Assembly: GCA_964016885.1 (NCBI GenBank)
Contig: OZ024743.1
Location: forward strand, 29,884,001 to 29,948,000
Origin: Eledone cirrhosa
Lineage: Eukaryota
Reading direction: 5' to 3'
Length of the DNA: 64,000 nucleotides
Part shown: in pieces, positions 36,997 to 50,096 of the stretch
How the letters are laid out: each line of letters begins with the position of its first letter
Numbering within the stretch: position 1 is the first letter of the stretch
Notes under the pieces: generated by a model
Databases searched by the model: none
What the model was told of the DNA's origin: nothing
The model's input: only the letters and a program-made list of their open reading frames with translations
Translations under genes and position numbers: made by a program

Positions 36997-39900
36997 ATGG
37001 CCAATATAAGAGTTGGATGTGTGAACGTACGCGGCCTGGGGATGCCCTGGAAACAGGGCAAACTCTTAAACGACCTCAGGTCGCACATATGGATGTGGTA
37101 GCCATTTGCGAGTCCAGGATCCACAGCGAGCGACAGCTGGCCCCCATCTTCGATGACTTTGAGATCTACGCATCTCTCTGTCAACCGGGGGTGGGGGCGG
37201 AGTTGCCGTTTTGCTGCGGAAACACCTGGGTCTCGTAACACAGACGGTACATCTGGACCCGGAGGGTCGACAGGTGGTCCTAGATGTTAACGGTAGTGAA
37301 GGTGAAGCCTTCAGGCTGGTGGCCGCATATGACCCATCCGGGACACCGCGGCCAGATTTCTTCAAACGTCTAGAGACTTTTCTGGGAACGTCCCGCTCCT
37401 TGCTTTTAGTGGGGGACTGGAATGGAATCCTAGATGCACGTTGGGACTATGTGGGAGCATGACCCGATAAAGGGGGGTGTAACAGCCTCAAACAGTTAAT
37501 CGACCGATTTGACCTTGCCGATAAATATCGACTAGATTTTCCGACTGCGCCACTGTGGACGTGGACTAATCGTAGCGGAACATCTAGATCGTACCTAGAT
37601 AGGGTTCTAGTTAGAAATAAGGATAGGGACTTGTTAAGCTGTCCATAAATGTTAATGGTTGCCTATTCAGATCACAAACTAGAGACCTGCATGGCCAACC
37701 TTGATAGAACCCAGAGACAAGGACCCGGCTACTGGAGGCTGAACTTGTCATTACCGACTAGCAAAGCCTACAGTAGCATTTTAGTTAACCAGCACTTGAC
37801 AGGGGCCATTGTCAACAACAGATGGTGGTACTCTCTCAAGAGGGCAGTTAGATTAGACTCGCTAGTTTTTAGTAAAGAATTAGCGTTAGATAGAAATAGA
37901 ACCGAGAAGGAACTGGTAGATAAAGTAGAAGAGGTAATTAGAAGTGGCAACGTAGCCAGCGTGCTAGCAACGAGAACGGCCTTGGACCGTTCTTCGACGC
38001 AAAGCACGAGGGCTGAGTCGTCAGAAGCAAAATACGTGCTCAGGGAAACGAGGGAGCCAAAGCTGTTAGCTGGGCCCGAGTGACGGAGACAAAAAGTGGC
38101 AACAAGTCCACGATTCGGTCTTTGAAGGACCAAAACAGACGCGTGATACGTGAGACGAAGCAGATGTGTGCGGCTTTTCAGCGGCACTTTGCTCAACTGT
38201 TCGGGAGGGGCGGCGCGCCGGGAGGGGCTATGGATTTCGGTCCATACCTCGAGGGCCTACCGCGACTCTCGGACGGCGAGGCAAAATTCTGCGAAAAGCC
38301 GATATCAGCCGCTGAGATAGGGGACGCGCTGAGCCAATGCGGCAAAGGCAAATCACCAGGTCTCGACGGTCTACCCTACGAATTTTACGTAGCAATGCCG
38401 GACTTATTCTCCGGTCTCCTGGAAGCGGTTTACTGCAACTGGCAACAGAACGGGAGAATTCCCAGTTCTGTAACCGGGGTCGTGGTCACACTAATCAGGA
38501 AGGACGAGAATAAGGGGTATAACATAGGCAACTTCCGGCCGATAACTCTGCTAAACACAGAGTTAGAGATTTTGGCCAAGGTGTTGGCAAAGAGGCTGGC
38601 GCTTGTCGTCGAGAACCTGATGGGAGAAGCGCAGACATGCGCAATCCCGACCAGATCCATACACGACAACCTCCACCTCATGCGATACATCATAGAGAGG
38701 GTAGGGTGTAAACCCGGCTTCGGTGGGGCTCTGATCAACTTGGATTAGTCTAAGGCTTTCGATAGGGTTGACCATCGTTACCTGGATGCAACACTCGAGG
38801 CGGCAGGCTTCGGACCCGTGTTCAGGGGCTGGATTGCTGCAACACAACAGCAACATCTGCTCAAGGGTCAAGTGAACGGCTACCTCTCGGAGCCGTTCCA
38901 TATTACGCGATCCATTCGACAGGGATGCCCTATCTCCTCCCTTATGTACGTACTGACTCTCGAGCCACTACTGCGGAAGTTGGAGCTATTGCAGGGCATC
39001 CCTCTGGAACCGGGACTGCGGAAAGCGGCGTCGGCCTACTCCGACGACGTGACAGTAATGGTGTCGAGCGCCTTGCAAATCGAGGAAGTCGGCACCTTAC
39101 TGAAGGAATACGAAAGTTTCACAGGAGCGAAGCGGAACCGGGACAAGTCCATCGGTTTGCAACTCGGATCGTGTAGAGGCAAACCGATGCCTTCCGATGG
39201 CGTCGTCGGACGCTGGACCGAAGGACCGGTAAAGCTGCTCGGGGTCTGGTTTGGTCTGGACCTCCAGGTGGAGAAGAACTGGAACGAAGTGACAGCCAAG
39301 GTGTTTGTACTCACCCCGAAGTGGGCCGAGGGCAAACTATCCTTGAAAGGTCGAGCGGAGATGGCGAACACTTTTATAGCGTCCGCCATCTACTACCGTT
39401 TGACCGTCGTGCCTTGTCCAGCCAAAACGGTCGCCAAAATGGAGCGCGCGCTCTTCCAATTCCTTTGGAAGAGGCGGGCTCCTTTGGTGAGAAGATCCAT
39501 CTGCTGCCAACACCCTTCTAACGGAGGGCTGGGGTTGCCCTGGTTGACGATGCGCAAACACGCGCTCAGGCTGCGGCATCTCTACGGACTTCACCGGACA
39601 ACCGGTGTGGGCCCCGTTCGTGAGGCGAGCCTTCCCACGACTCGTCTCGTTGACCGAGCTGCAGTCCTGGGTCAAGCAAAATCCGAGGAAAATGGGCGAC
39701 TGGCACATCGAATGTGCTCAGGCGCTCACAGCCCTCTGGCAGGCGGACCCTGCGATCAGTGGAGACTCCACTTCGTCATTCTATAGAGGGTTGATCCGCA
39801 GCAAGTGTGACGACGTGCTCAGTGAAACTCTAGGCGTAGCGGAAGATGAACTGGTCAGTCTGTTCGGTAGGACCTTCCGCCCGGGACCGATGGACAACTT

Positions 39901-40416
39901 CCAAAAGTCCCTGGCCTGGCAGTGCTACCGAGGAGCTCTACCAGTTCGAGACAAGCACTACAGACATGGGCGCCCGGGCAGGGACCCTGCAAAAAAGATC
40001 TGTCCGAGGTGTGTGCGAGACGAAGAAACAACGCGCACGCATTCATACACTGCCCGGGCGTCACTGACCTGTTGTGCTATGTAGAACGACTATTGTCGCG
40101 GGTGGGACCAATCCGGTTGAACACCGAGTCCATTGTCATGATCAAACCGCCAACCTCCTTTAAAAACGAAGGAGAGGCGGTTTTCCTCTGTGTGATAGCT
40201 ATGGCGAAAGAGGTTGTTTGGTGGACAAGGTTGAAAGGGCTGAGGTCAGACACCTTTCTCTTCGGCCAACAACTGATTCTTTTTTTCAAATACCACTTTG
40301 GAAGAATAATCAGGATGGAGAGAGAGGTGCTGTACCCCAGCAAGTTTTATGAAAGGTGGGTTAAAGTGGCGAGAATGACCCGAGTGAATGGGCCTTCTCT
40401 CTATATCAGCCTGTAG
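36997..40416 (+). pseudogene. Tx1-like ORF2 (APE + RT + CCHC), frameshifted
   Basis: MANIRVGCVNVRGL, GDWN, SDH, KSPGLDGLP, RQGCPIS, YSDD, CPRC. Confidence 0.92.
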
Positions 40417-40740
40417 GTTGAGGAAAAAGAGGAGGAGAGGAAAGGAGTACAAACTCTTCGTACTCCTGGAGATGAGGGTTGCACATTTTTTCGGGGGTAT
40501 GTGTTACCCATATAAACTGTCTCCCTCTATTGGGGAAAATCGACTAACTTTTTAAATTGCAGTTGTGATAACATTTTACACATTTTTATTGTATGTAAAC
40601 TTCCCCCTTTGTATTGTCCCCTTCTTTTGTGCCCCTGTGTTCTAATAAAGAAACATATCTAACTATCCACCTATCTATATATCTATCTATCTACCTATCT
40701 ATTTAGCTATCTATCTATCACATGTATATATATTCATATA

Positions 40741-40799
<59 letters not shown>

Positions 40800-40887
40800 T
40801 TTATTTCACTCTACACGGTTAAATACAATAAATGTAATCTGAGCTTTTCGAATATCAATAACAACATCCGATTCCTTTGCAATTATG

Positions 40888-41073
40888 CAAACAAGTCTCA
40901 TTTTTATAGCCATGTCAATAGAATGAACCTTTCATTCTTGCTCTTGTGTTTGCATGTAAAGAGAACTGCAGACACTAATGTTACTGGCTATCACATTTCA
41001 TTACTACAGCCAACACATGAGCAAGAATAAAAGGTTCATTCTACTCACATGGCTATAAAATGAGGCTTTTTTG
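40888..41073. repeat. Foldback element, about 75-bp arms
   Basis: agtctcatttttatagccatgtcaatagaatgaacctttcattcttgctc / gagcaagaataaaaggttcattctactcacatggctataaaatgaggct. Confidence 0.85.
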
Positions 41074-43051
41074 TCCGAAAACATTCCTTCCAGCGGATCC
41101 TGTCAGAAACAACCGTTTCCAACTGATCCTGCTTGCTCGGAGTCTGCCCCTGGGTCTGTTGTAGGTTGGCTTTGTCCGGGGTTAATCCTATAAAATAATA
41201 AATAAATAATTGTTTCTACTTTTGGCACGCACACGATTACTATGACCTATTCCCCACTGCGATGCTTCCCATTTCGTTTGAGTCTTCGGTTTAGTTGAAC
41301 GCATTTTAAGTTTTAAAATAATGTTACATTTTTCAAAGTAAGGTTAATTTCTTAATATAGTAATACATTTTAAAGGAATTCGGGCTAACACATGTCACAA
41401 CTTTATTCGTTAGTTAACACAATAGTGTTTTGACTATAAATTATTGTTTTTTGTTAAACTTCATACATTTATCAAATTACTAAAAGTCGGTTTTGCTAAA
41501 TTCGCATTCCGCTGCAATGCTCGTCACGTTTCAAAACTCAAGAGTGCAGAATATCTGTATTAGATATACACTGAGGGTGATTAAATCAATAGCACCATCC
41601 ATTATTATATGCGTCTTAAGTTAAAATATTAATAGTTATCGTTTGTTATTTTCTTAAAATTCTCATTTATATAGAAATGTCCTTTCAGTAATACTGGTCA
41701 TTCCATGTCTTGAGAAAGTAAATGATCGTATGGCAAAATTCGATTGTAGTTATTGTTTGTGATTAAGATTGCCTTAGCAAATGAGCACAAATAATAGGTT
41801 TTCCTCTCATAATGTGATATATATTCTTCCTCAAATACAATAAACATTAACTGAAGGAAGAAATAAATAGAAACGATTAATTTCGCAATCGATTACTCTA
41901 ACCTATTTCCCTTTTGTTACTTCAATAGCTCTTCAAAGGATTGTTTTCTTTTATAAAAAAAAAGATCTATTTTTTTAGTGAGTGAGAAATACTCTCATTA
42001 AAATTGGTGTATTAAATAAAAGATCATAAATCAATGATATTACATTTTTTCCCTGTTTTCTTATATGGGAATACAAAGAACAGACAGGTCACTTTATGTG
42101 GTGATCAACCACGCGATGCCTCTGATCCTGTCTTATACTCACTTAGTTTCTTTCACAACAATCACTCATATCTTTCAAGATATTCTGAACCTCATCTAAT
42201 TCCTATGACTCATTTCCGTTGTATCTAGTGTTTTCTTTTATATGTACGAAGAATTTATATTACGTTGGGATTTTTGAATAAAATTGCAATACATTACTGA
42301 ATACATGAAACAAACATTAATAGGGTTACAGCATTTTGAGATGGTATTACATACAAAACGCATTGCCACAAAGGGTAGATTTTACTTCACTTTCATTTAA
42401 TAACTACGTTTCTAAAGACTTTATTGCTATAACGTTTACCGACGGAAATCACTATTATATAATTACCATTTTCCCATATATAAATCCTTTTTGAGACATA
42501 GATTAGAAATAGATATACAATATTTTGATTTCATTGATTTGCCGCGAATATCAACACAAGAAATAACTTTCGTGATACACAATTTCAAGGCTATTGCTCT
42601 TATCAGAGGAGTCAATTACTGTAACAATAAACATTGACGGTCTCTAGTCAGAAAAGTTATAATTTGAACCCTGTTATTAATATTTGCCAATGTGGAACGG
42701 CAAGACAAGATTCATTATCATCCAGCATTATCATTCTTCTAATTTTAAGTACAGAAATATCTTAGTTTATTTACCAAAATATATTTTTGAGAGTAATGGA
42801 GGTGAAATGATTTTGGCCGAGTAGGTGGCAACTTGACCTGTTAGAAATGACAGCTAAATATCGCCCAAATGATATTCAACTAACGTATAAAGGAAACAAT
42901 GCATTAAATATGTTTTAAAATGATGTGATTGTAGCTGCTGGAACGTCCCCATTAATATATTTGCTTAATCAGGTTTAATGAAAGACTAAAGAAAAAGGAT
43001 TCATGTTCTCCTTCTTTTGTGAGCATGCCTAGTTTCCTGTAGATCTATGTA

Positions 43052-43240
43052 TTGGAATGGCAGTATCGGTAGAGGGTCAGAAGCCATGCTTTGACGCATA
43101 GAGTTACGGACCTTGCCATTCTGAGTTCAAATCCCGCCGAGGTTAACTTTGCCTTTCATCCTTACGGGGTCGATAAAATAAAGTACCAGTAAAGTACTGG
43201 GTAATTGCTGGCCATGTGCCAAAAGTACAAACAATTATTA
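43052..43240 (+). mobile_element. tRNA-derived SINE
   Basis: tggcagtatcggtagagggtcag..gagttcaaatcccgccgagg..gtcgataaaataaagtaccagt. Confidence 0.85.
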
Positions 43241-44708
43241 TAAATGTAGTTTTCGTTTTAAATGCCAACTGTACAATTATACAGATATTTAAGATGTAAT
43301 AGCTAATAACATGAGGAGGGAGTGCCTATAATTGTGACTAATATTAATAGTATGCTAAGCTCTTTATAATTGTTCATTGAAATACGCTATATTAATTCTT
43401 GTATCGAGCTATGATGCCTCGGAAGAAATGTGTTTATCTCTGTATCCCGAAGTGTGACTAATTTATTTCTTGATAGATCGCTGAACTATTGCAGATAGAT
43501 TTTCCCCACACGAGGAACTGAAGGCAATCCTGCAACCATACAATGTAGTTGTAATTACACTGTCTTCGATTCGTTTATGTTTGCAAATTATATCAAGGAG
43601 ACAAACTTGATTAATCTGAAGGTAGCAAAATATACACCATGATCAAAGACAGGTGCAGTGCCGGCAAAAGCATACGAAGCTGCAACATCTTTTTGTGAGT
43701 TACATTATCAACTCAAACACCCACACTAGTTACACCATCAACATATCTATTCTCATTTCCACTAGAATATATCAGTCATATTAGAAAATAACTATATGTT
43801 TTATAAGAACCAGACAGTCAGGCAGTGACGCTAGAACATCGAAGAGAATGATTTTTCAATATTTGTTCCTCCTCTCTTTGATCTGAGTTCAAACCTTGTT
43901 GGAGACTTCTATGCCTTTCATTATTTCGAGAACGATAAATAAAATACGAGTAAACTGTTTGGTTCGATTCTCTCTACATATACTTTTTTTTATTTCTCTG
44001 GGAGAAATGTACTGCGATCCAACCTGGAGAAGAATGGTCTTCACAAGTTTTAAATCTCCAAGGCACGCCGTAAGTAACAACTGCGCCCTATGACTCCATT
44101 ATGAGTTAATGGTCCATGAAATGACATAACGCCATGGATCATGGTGTATAATGGGCATCTTGAATTTGCCTCATTGGAATGCGAAAAGACAAAACAACGA
44201 ATATTAATTCACTTCATATATTCTGAGGCAATAATAAAAACTCATTACTGGTAAATATATTATGTTATCTTGTGCTAGTTCACCAGTACCACATGATATA
44301 ATTAACATCGTCAGTAATTCACAGGATGATGTAAAGTTTAGCGAAGAAAGGAAATAAAATGGAAGCCAGTCTTCACATTTCTGGTACAATAACTATTATT
44401 AATTCCAATCATTTGACACACCATTTTGTTTCCCACATTTATTGTTTTCATCATTATTTTTATTTTTATTCATTTCAAAGATTCTGTCCCCTAAGGCTTT
44501 TTATCGTGATGAGATAATATATATTAAATTGCCCAGAAAACAAATATTTTGTTGACAATTAATTTTTATTCCTGACTTTCTAATTTCGTTATCATTTTCT
44601 TGTAATACTTCTTTGCTACATTCATTATATTTGGTGTTATTTTCCTTTCTTTATGCCTTTTGCACATTATTATATCTTACTAAACACATAGGCGTGGCTA
44701 ATAACATA

Positions 44709-45908
44709 TTTAGAGCGCTGAACTAAATATTCCTTCGGTATTTTATAGTAACTTCTATTGTCGATTCTCACTAAGGTGAAGTGAATGTATACTATATCGT
44801 TTTGCTCTGTGAAGGAAATCTTTGATTTTGCATCTCTGACAATGTTCTGTGCTAACAGATGCTCCTTGATGAACGGAAGGAAATCTCTTTCTTTTCAAGA
44901 TACATGTGCAAAGTTGTTCGATTACGTGCATAATTTGAACATCTCTACCTAGTATTTGAGATTGCAAAATACTTCCTTCCTTGTTGAGTTGTCCATGTGT
45001 AAGGATGACTGATAGTTATTCTTGTAAATTTTAGTTATTTTCCTCTGTTACTTGATTTCGTACTGAAAAGGCTACCCTTGTTCCTTTAACCGAATAGATT
45101 GCCGGGGTAGAAACCATGTTACATCCATCCCGAAGTAAATATACACCACTCCAACAAACATATATATCATGGTGGTGTATATTTACTTCGGAATGTATGT
45201 ATGTGTGTTTGGCTTGTCCAATGATTGTGTTTGTGTTTAACACCAATGAATGTATGTGTGTATATGTATGAGCATGTATGTTTGTATATGTGTGTCGGTG
45301 TATGATGGAAGAATATTGTTAAACTTAATTGGAAGGGTAATTACAGGAATAGGGGTGGTTTAAGAAGCTGTCGAAATAACTCCGTCGCGCTACTGACGCA
45401 TTATCACATTGTCTTACCAGATGATTGTAACACAAAACGAAGTAGTAGTTACGCTACATGGATCAGAACAAATCATGTGAGCTGGACCGCTAGGAAACAT
45501 GGTTTCTACACCCGCAATCTATTGGGTTAAAGGAACGAGGGTAGCCTTTTCAGTACGAAATAAAATAACAGAGGAAAAGAACCAAAATTTACAAGAATAT
45601 CTATCAGTCATCCTTACACATGGACAACTCAACAAGGAAGGAAGTCGTTTGCAAGCTCAAATACTAGGTAGAGATGTTCAAATTATGCACGTAATCGAAC
45701 AACTTTGCACGTGTATCTTGAAAAGAAAGAGATTTCCTTCCGTTCATCAAGCAGCATCTGTTAGCACAGAAAATTGTCAGAGATGCAAAATCAAAGATTT
45801 CCTTCACAAATCAAAACGAGATAGTATAAAGTCACTTCATCTTAGTTTAGAATCGACAATAGATGTTACATTAAAATACCGAAGGAATATTTAGTTCAGC
45901 GCTCTAAA
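44709..45908. repeat. Large inverted duplication (arms 44709-45120 and 45496-45908)
   Basis: About 410-bp arms, clearly homologous with scattered mismatches; 375-bp spacer. Confidence 0.9.
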
Positions 45909-48210
45909 AATGTGTGTATGTGACTGTGTGCACACACTGTCACATACATAGACACACACATACATACGGATGCCGACACACACACATGCATACACACACA
46001 CTCACACACACACAAACACACATATGTATAAGATCTACAAACATTTATACTCATACGTAACTTCATACACAAACTATTAAGAAGGAAAAAACGCACACGA
46101 ACCTCACACTCTGATAATAGCTAAGAAATACACGCGTATATAAACACACACTCCCATGTACACCCCCCCACTATATACACATACACACACAGAAACTCAC
46201 ACATGCAACCGCACCCATCACATCTCACCCATCATGATAAAGGGTTTTCTTTTTTCTTTAACCTTTCATCCTTGCAAAACCTTAAAGGATACATTCGTTT
46301 TCCTTTTAACAAGCAGGTAACAAATAAGATTTAAATTTAGCACCCTTTAAATCTGGTCACAGCCATTTTTTTTCTAGAGCGAATTACCGAAGGAAGAATA
46401 ATTTATTCAATTGATGATCGGTAATCATATTTATCGATTCCGAAAGGATAAAATTAAAGTCACCCTCTGCCTGATTTGATCTCAGGATCCAGAACTGTGT
46501 GACAGGGAACTAATATTAAGCACTCTGATGAACATTTGAATTTACTGCCTCGAACAATTTCATGCTAATACTACGGTGATAACAAGAGAGCAGGAAATTT
46601 GAGCGGTGGAAGACACTTAACACGCATTAGTCTGCTCTATTTAACACGCATTAGTCTGCTCTATTGTATATAACGTTCTTTGACAGACATATTATTGAGC
46701 CACGTAATATCATTAGGCTATTTGGAAGCCAATGTAATTACATATTTTATTGTTATCTAATATTTGTCGTGTTTAATAACTGCATTCTTTCTATAAAAGT
46801 TGGTGTATTTGTTCGGAACCACATGTTGGAACATTTGTATAAACAACCCGATATCTCACACCGTAGTTATAACAATTTGAATGTTAAGATAATTACGTAA
46901 CAATCCGTTCGTTTTAGCCGAGATGAATTTAAATTAAAATTATTACAAACGGATTTAAAAGACAATAATTTCTATAGCAATTTTCAATTTAAATTTGTGG
47001 TGTTTGTTCATCTCCGTAATCATAATAGAGCAAACAAGTTTATTTATTGTTGTAGATTGTGGCACAGAAGAAACATTGAACGGTAAACATTTCATAATGT
47101 CAATGATAAGCAGATTTATAGTTCCCTTGATGAATATTTTATTTGCCTATCAGATCTCTTCTCATCTCTTTCAATTTCTCGTCGTCTATTCTTTATCACT
47201 CTCTCGGTTAGAAGAATATCTCAAATAATCAGTGGTAAAAACGGGAGAAGAAAATAGTAAAAGAGTGAGAATGAGAAGAAAGAGTGAGAAAACAACAGTA
47301 AAGAGATATCAGTATCCACTTCTATTTACACACCAACTGAAAATGGAAGGAATGTGTTGTTATTCCAAGATCGTCCATCAATATTTACGTTTTGTCAGTC
47401 TGTTTATCATTCCTGAATATTTACATTATTTTTAATATCAGTCTTTCTCAATAATATCTCTCTTCGATGTCTGAACATAGAGATAAAGAACAACGTTTAT
47501 TACATAATACGTGCATACATAAACTTTCACTAATTCTTCTGAGATTTCGATATTAGTTAATGAAATTATCGGTTTTCGCCGGAATAACAGAGAATGTTCT
47601 GTATAAAAAAACTTTCCAAAACTGATGTAGACATTCTGGACTACATTCATAAATTACCACTTGTCAGATGGACAAGTCTTCTCGCATTAGTATCTTCTAC
47701 TACTGAGAGAATAAATCAACAGAGTAGCCATATGGTATTTAGTCATTCAATCTGCTAGATATAACAACCAAACTATCATCAAATCAAACCTCATCCGGGA
47801 AATAAGAAAAAAACACAATTCAGAGCACAAGAAAAACTAACTTAGAGATAAAGAAAGAAATCCGACAAAACTATCAGATTTCTTGGCTAACATCCATACG
47901 GATTAATTTAGAGACATAATTATGTGGGAAATACGCTCCTGAAACTGAGGTCTACTATCTTAGTAATAGAATGACTCTCGTCTCAGGTATCTTGCTTTCC
48001 TTAATCTAACTTACAGTCTGGAGAATTTCAATAGATTATGCACTAATTGCCTATGACGTTCAGCACATCAGTCTTTAAATTTAACACACACTCGTATATA
48101 TGTGTGTGTATGTGTGTGTATAGTGTATTCATATATATATACATATAGAAATGTATATATATGGAAATGTATATATATGGAAAAACCACAGACCTTCCAT
48201 CTCAACTCTA

Positions 48211-48246
48211 CTTTTGAAAAGCAGAAGAAATGCGAAACCGGTAAAG
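48211..48246 (+). ncRNA. Candidate hammerhead with U3-A8 core
   Basis: ctt TTGAAAA gca-gaagaaa-tgc GAAA ccgg TA aag. Palindromic accggt; stems are short. Confidence 0.45.
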
Positions 48247-48379
48247 AAACCAAATAAATATATATATATTTAAAAAAAAATAAGACTCCAGTTGCATTTT
48301 CGATTTCATCTTTTTTTCTTTATACTTTCACTCGTGTAAGACACCTCGGTTATTTTTCATTTTGTAAAAAAAACATCAC

Positions 48380-48587
<208 letters not shown>

Positions 48588-48644
48588 ATATATGCATATA
48601 GGTGCTTATATATACGTATATATACGTATGTATGTGTGTGAAAA

Positions 48645-48960
48645 CGCATTGGATTACTAGTTATAGCATTGGGCCGATAGCCATGAGGTCGTGAGTTCAA
48701 TTCCCAGACTGAGTGGTGAGTGATATCCTTGCGCAAAACACTCTATTTCATATTGCAACAGTTCACAGAGCTGTAGGAATGATTTGCGAAATGACTGGTG
48801 TCAAGCTGTATTGTCCTTTGACTTATCGTTGGACATCTTTTGTGGCGTTGAGAGGGGAGACGTGTGTGCATGCGTGACTGCTGATCTTCCAGACAATCCT
48901 CTTCCGCTGCGAAGAATTCATACCAACGGAAACAGATCTGGTCTCGAGGAAGTAACTTTT
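48645..48960 (+). mobile_element. tRNA-derived CORE-like SINE
   Basis: gaggtcgtgagttcaattccca B-box, then tccttgcgcaaaacactctatttca..ttgcaacagttcacagagctg. Confidence 0.6.
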
Positions 48961-49657
48961 TAAATAGACGTCGAAATTTCATGTAATGGGGATTTTATTT
49001 TAGACAGAGAACTTTCCTTTCTCACAAGTCACGTAAACAAAACTTCTATTCTATATCATTACCAGAATCAAAGAATCAATTAGCTGCCCATTCCCAATCA
49101 TTATTAGTTGTATAAGTGTCTCGTATTATAATATTCTATTATGTGTGGATGTTTCTTTGTGCATCTAGCCCTACGTTGCTTGGTAGGTGATATAATGGAT
49201 GCATATGCATGTACATATCTTCTTGAACATGCAAATACAAACATATGTACCATTTGGCACCATTAAAAATTAATGTTTTAATCTTAATGTGTTCATCCAG
49301 ATGGGTCTGCTGGAATATGCCATAGTTCCAAGGTTTTTGTGTGAAGTGAAAACATTTTATGACTTATTCTTATAAAGGATTGGGCTTTCATGTTTATGCG
49401 GGTTGTTTACTAGGTGTATAAGATCAGAGTTTGTAATAAATTTGTTATGTGAATGTCCGATATAACAGAACTTAAATTGTTCGATAAGATGTTTCTAAAA
49501 AGTGTTACCCACAAAATTATGACAACCAAATCAGTTCTGGTTGTTTTTATGTAAAATATACGTAAAACTAGAACTATACTAAACAATCACACAACCAAGT
49601 ACTCTCCATAACGTTGGATATTTGTGTACTTGAGTGTTCAACCTGTTATATAGTTTC

Positions 49658-49748
<91 letters not shown>

Positions 49749-49843
49749 TACGCACACACACATGCATGTGTTTATATATATAGATATCTAAGAATAAATA
49801 ATAGATATATGTTTGTCTATTATTTGCTCGCTTTTTATAATGT

Positions 49844-49874
<31 letters not shown>

Positions 49875-49958
49875 GTATATATCCAGACAGCTTCCAAAAA
49901 TAATGGTCGCATCTAATAGGGTACGTCAAAATTATTTATAAAACTGTTTATATATTGT

Positions 49959-50062
49959 ATTTTGTCCGATGAAGGCATACTATATTTTTATTTGGTATCC
50001 CTGAAATATGTATAATGAAATAAATATGGTTTTATAAATATAGTTTCCATTTATTTAATATC
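49959..50062 (+). mobile_element. Degenerate copy of the 497-918 family, hammerhead core CCGATGA
   Basis: Shares taaatatggttttataaatatagtttccatttatttaatatc with 780-821. Confidence 0.7.
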
Positions 50063-50096
50063 GTATATATATAATATATATATATAGATATATTTC

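Larger units (their letters stand above)
34812..40655 (+). mobile_element. Full-length Tx1/L1-clade LINE, disrupted, flanked by (TCTA)n
   Basis: 5' UTR, ORF1, ORF2, and a 3' UTR ending aataaagaaa. Confidence 0.93.

Noticed and set aside
43896-44389. Exon-like segments (MYCDPTW...|gtaagt)
   Set aside because: No good acceptor or recognisable domain; partly a decayed SINE.
46617-46665. 24-bp direct duplication ttaacacgcattagtctgctctat
   Set aside because: Ordinary slippage duplication.
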